Shown one piece after another: positions 60,329 to 64,000 of a DNA stretch of 64,000 nt. How positions within the stretch are numbered: the first letter of the stretch is position 1; each line of letters starts with the position of its first letter. The stretch comes from Polyangiaceae bacterium (GTDB lineage Bacteria; Myxococcota_A; Polyangia; Polyangiales; Polyangiaceae): the NCBI GenBank assembly GCA_965222375.1, contig CBDCTZ010000016.1, forward strand, positions 2,016,001-2,080,000, in the 5' to 3' direction. The translations under genes and the position numbers were made by a program. Below the pieces are notes generated by a model. That model was not told where the DNA came from and made no database searches. It saw nothing but the letters and a program-made list of their open reading frames with translations.

Positions 60329-61187
60329 ATGAATGGTCGGCGATTGCGTTCGGAGTGGGCTCTAGTGGCGGTGGCGTGCGCGCTGAGCTTGGGCTGCGAC
60401 GGACTCACTGCGCAGGCGCAACCCGCGGCTTCGGGCGAGGTGCCGATGAGGCCCAAGGCGAGCAAGCCCCCAAAAAACCAAATCTTCCTTGCTCGAAGGA
60501 AATGACGAGGGTGTCGGGCTTCTGCATCGATCGCTGGGAGGCGCACACGGTGCTTGCGGACAATCCGAGCAAGCGACGCTCGCCCTACGAAACCTTGCGC
60601 GATGGCGAAGAGCTGATTGCCAAGAGCGCGCCGGGAGTCACCCGCCAGGGTTACATCAATCGCATCGAGGCGAGTGCAGCCTGCGTTGCGGCGGGCAAGC
60701 GGCTGTGTAGCGCCAAGGAGTGGTACCGCGCTTGCGCTGGCGCTATCCCTACGCAGGGAAGAAGGAAGAGCGCGACACTTGCAACACTCGCAAAGGCCAT
60801 GTCTTGACCAAGGTGTTTGGCAAGAAGGTCTTCTTCACCAAGATCAGTCACTACAACAACCCGAAGGTCAATCAGGAGCCCGGCTTCCTCGCGCTCACGG
60901 GGGCGTACGAGAAGTGTGCGACACCCGAAGGCGCCCTCGACATGGTCGGCAACCTGCACGAATGGGTCGCCGACGACGTCAGTTCGGCGCTTCCGGAGCA
61001 GATCCCCTTGGAGTACGGCGAGCACCGCCTGGGTCCACGCGGCAGCGGGGTTTTCATGGGTGGCTACTACTCGTCGAAGAACGAACACGGCCGCGGCTGC
61101 GCCTACACCACCGCGACCCACGCGCCGGACTATCACGACTATTCCATCGGCTTTCGGTGCTGCCGGGACGCGCAGTCGAAGCGTTGA
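60329..61187 (+). pseudogene. FGE-sulfatase (SUMF1) domain lipoprotein with two frameshifts
   Basis: FCIDRWE, GKRLCSAKEW, YPY, DMVGNLHEW and GFRCC spread over three frames. Confidence 0.75.
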
Positions 61188-61348
61188 CTCTGGACACGCG
61201 GACTTCGCGACCCATACTACTGCGCCCCGAGACGCCGCGGAGCCATCATGAAAGAGCAGCTGCCGTTCATGCTCCCGCCCCCTACGAACCAGAATCTCGA
61301 ATGGATTTGCCGGGGCCGCCAAAGGGTCTCGGCGACGCACGCCTGAGG

Positions 61349-61819
61349 CTACTTCTTGCCCTCGGCCATGATGCGGTCAATCGTCTGCTGGCATTTGTCT
61401 GCCAGAGAGCGGAAGCAGTGCACCTCGATGGGATAGGGCTCGCCTTCTTTTTCTTCCCGCATGTTCTCCCCAGAGTCGCGCCCGAAGACGATGCGCCCTC
61501 CATCCGGACAGTCGATCATGATGCCCATGAGCTCGTCGTGGCCACCGGCTTCGCAGCCGATGGCTTCGGCCCCCCGGGTGATGACAGCCCGCCTGCGCTC
61601 GCTGCGCAGCAGCGTCTGCGCCTTGCGCATCGCGCAGGCCGCCAGAAAACTCTTGAGTGAGGTGCACGCGACCCTCCGTGCTGGCTGGCCGGGGACAAAA
61701 CGCAGCACGCTATCGAGCTGCTCGCCGCTCGGGGCCCGGCCGCCGATGACCATCGTCACGTCCGTCAGTCGCGAGTATGCGGCGACGAAGCCACTTACGA
61801 GTCTTGGGATGCGATCTAA
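61349..61819 (-). pseudogene. 3' remnant of an unknown gene truncated by IS91-like copy 3
   Basis: Frame stays open up to the IS boundary at ~61820. Confidence 0.4.
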
Positions 61820-61914
61820 CTAGCGGCAGTGCCGCCAGGCGGTTCGCCAGTGCCGCCAGGCGGTTTGCCACCCGCTCAGGGCCCGTATGCGCGCAAATAC
61901 CGGCAGAGCGTCCC

Positions 61915-61930
61915 TGGCACGCCACTAGCT
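61915..61930 (+). promoter_or_regulatory. Possible sigma54 promoter of transposase copy 3
   Basis: TGGCACGCCACTAGCT, one mismatch to consensus. Confidence 0.4.
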
Positions 61931-62235
61931 GACGCCGTTGCGTGGGTCACCCAGCGCACGCACACCCTCGCCGCGAGCCCGAGCGCTTGCGTCATCGCCC
62001 GGAGACAACTGTCCTCTACCGGACGGTGGCCGAGCACTGGCCGGCGTTCCTGGAGCGTGCTGAGGAGCAGGGTGGTCTGCCTCGCTTCGTGACGGCCGAG
62101 TTCGAGGAGTACCTGCGCTGCGGTTTGCTGGAGCATGGCTGTTTGCGTCTTGCCTGTCGCGACTGCGGCTACTCTGAGCTGGTCGCCTTCAGCTGCAAGC
62201 GGCGCGGATTCTGTCCCTCTTGCCTCGGTCGCCGC

Positions 62236-64000
62236 ATGAAGGACGCTTCATGATGCATCACCTCGCTATGTCTTTGGAATTGTTAGGTTGAGTTGGTTCG
62301 GTGCAGGTCCAGTGTTCTTGCCTTGTCGGTATGCACGTGCTCGGGTGGTGATGCGCTCGGCTGCGTCCGAGCCCACGACATCGCTGCGAGCGAAGATCCA
62401 GGGTCCATTCGGTAGCGGATGCTGCGAGGGAATTTCGTTTCGCTGCGCTGCGCGTCGTAGCGTCTTCGGATCGACCTGAACAAGAGCTGCAGCTTCTTCG
62501 CAGGTCAGCCATTCGCCCCGATCACGCTGCTTCGAGCACGGTTCGATCTTGTATCGATGGCGTACAGACGCGACCAGCGCCCGGCTGTAGTGGCCTCCCG
62601 TGGGCGTGCGCACACCAGCGCGCCCAAGCCATCGGGCGATCTGCATGTCGCCCATGACGCGCGCGAGCACGCGCACGGCTTCGACGACTTCGGCAGCTGT
62701 GGTGTTGCGACGTTGGCCAGTGCGACGCTTGGGGACACGTAACTCGGTGTGCACCCCTCCCTTCCAGTGCACGACGAGGAGGATCTCGGAGCGCTCGGTG
62801 TCCACGTCAACCCAAACCTGCTCCACCACAGCGCGCGTGATGCGTTTCTTCGTGGATGGCTTGGTCGTAGGCGCTGTCCACACGCGTTCCACGTCGCGTG
62901 CGAGCTCGAGATATCGCCCGATGTCGGGTGGGCGCGAGACCTCTGCCCGCGTTGCCGTGGCCTCGCCGATGCGCTGCTCGACTGTGCGTACGGCTTCGAG
63001 GGCAGTATTCCATCGGCGCTCGAGTTCGACGGCCACGGTGCGGTTTTCAGGCTCGACAGCATCGTATTGACGTTCAGCGCGTTGAGCCTCGTAGCGCGCC
63101 TGTTGCAGCTGCAGTTCCAGCGCAGCCACGGCATCATCACGTTCCGCCACGTCCTGGTCCCATGCAACGTGGGCAGCTTCGATCGCACCCGGCCGCACGA
63201 CAGCGAGCACCCGCTCGACGATCTGCGCGTCCACGTCGGTTGCGCTGAACGAGATGCATCGCGGTCCACCGGAGCGGTCGTGGTCATCGTTGCATGTGTA
63301 GCGAGCAATACCTTGCTTTGTCCCGCTATAACTCACGCCCAGGCGGCGGCCGCAACGGCGACACCAAACGAGGCCGCCCAGGAGTGCAGCGCCACCCTTG
63401 GGTGCTCCTGCTGCTCCTCGCCTCTGTTCGTTCTTTGACAACATTTGTGACGCACGCTCGAACTGCTCCCAGCTGATATATGCCTCGTGACGGTCCCGAA
63501 GCAACACCGACCACTGGTCTCGAGGCACTCGCGTAGCGGCACGTCGGGGCTGTCCGTCCACGATACGGGTGTGGACTTTGGTCCGTCCGTACACGTAGGC
63601 GCCCGCATAAATCGGATTCTTCAGTGTCCGATAGACGAAGTCGGCCGTCGGCTTCTTCCAGACAACCTCGCCACGCCGATTGCGGTTCACGGGTGTCTGA
63701 ATGCCGCTCTCGCGCATCCATATCACCACCTGTCGCGCACTACCCAGTTCGAAGAACTTGGAGAAGACTAGCTCGATGGCCTGCCGGATACGTGCGTCCG
63801 GCGCCTTCTCGAGGCGTCCATCACCTCCCACTCGGTAACCCACCGGAACGCCCGCAACCAATTCCCCGCGCTGCGCTTTCTGCCTTTGTGCCTCCAATCC
63901 ACGCATGCGTAGCAGGTCGAGCTCGTACTCGTTGAGGCTGCCCTTGAGCCCCAAGAGCAAACGGTCGTTGCTATGTCGCGGCGCATACACCGTGTCGTGA
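62236..64000 (-). mobile_element. LSR element copy 3 (runs off window)
   Basis: ATG core at 62236-62238 followed by AAGGACGCTTCATGATGC, as in copy 1. Confidence 0.92.
62266..64000 (-). CDS. Large serine recombinase (5' end outside window)
   Basis: Protein identical to copies 1 and 2 over the visible part. Confidence 0.95.
   Translation of the reverse strand, partial: HDTVYAPRHSNDRLLLGLKGSLNEYELDLLRMRGLEAQRQKAQRGELVAGVPVGYRVGGDGRLEKAPDARIRQAIELVFSKFFELGSARQVVIWMRESGIQTPVNRNRRGEVVWKKPTADFVYRTLKNPIYAGAYVYGRTKVHTRIVDGQPRRAATRVPRDQWSVLLRDRHEAYISWEQFERASQMLSKNEQRRGAAGAPKGGAALLGGLVWCRRCGRRLGVSYSGTKQGIARYTCNDDHDRSGGPRCISFSATDVDAQIVERVLAVVRPGAIEAAHVAWDQDVAERDDAVAALELQLQQARYEAQRAERQYDAVEPENRTVAVELERRWNTALEAVRTVEQRIGEATATRAEVSRPPDIGRYLELARDVERVWTAPTTKPSTKKRITRAVVEQVWVDVDTERSEILLVVHWKGGVHTELRVPKRRTGQRRNTTAAEVVEAVRVLARVMGDMQIARWLGRAGVRTPTGGHYSRALVASVRHRYKIEPCSKQRDRGEWLTCEEAAALVQVDPKTLRRAAQRNEIPSQHPLPNGPWIFARSDVVGSDAAERITTRARAYRQGKNTGPAPNQLNLTIPKT

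Larger units (their letters stand above)
61826..64000 (+). mobile_element. IS91/ISCR-like element copy 3 (partial), carrying the LSR element
   Basis: Transposase N-terminus 61942-62238, MGHPAHAHPRRE..CLGRRM; upstream region similar to copy 2. Confidence 0.85.

Noticed and set aside
1..64000. tRNA, rRNA, integron integrase or attC cassettes
   Set aside because: None recognised by eye; a covariance-model search would be needed to exclude small RNAs.

Overview
This is GC-rich, myxobacterial-type DNA (Polyangiaceae-like: MYXO-CTERM, PEGA/TPR proteins, FHA-sigma54 activator, Ser/Thr kinase). It has three parts. (1) 1-29.5 kb: a dispersed His-Xaa-Ser (Hxs)-related enzyme cluster with 7 radical SAM genes (about 9 rSAM domains), two HxsD-like genes, a flavin-dependent halogenase-like gene, three methyltransferases and lspA. 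Several of these proteins appear to share an unnamed ~90-aa module, and no HxS precursor peptide is visible. (2) 29.7-34.3 kb: a frameshifted sensor kinase and a SulP transporter. (3) 34.5-48.2 kb and 61.8-64 kb: IS91/ISCR-like rolling-circle transposons and their debris, with exported lipoproteins and a signalling module in between. The main observation is a 2.6-kb large serine recombinase (LSR) element present in three near-identical copies. Each sits in the same ATG codon (CLGRR-M-ADTA) of a diverged IS91-like transposase gene. On paper, excision restores the transposase frame. It also builds a symmetric attP that joins an RBS and ATG at one element end, in frame, to a start-less accessory ORF at the other end. 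All family assignments come from motif recognition by eye; no database search was run.
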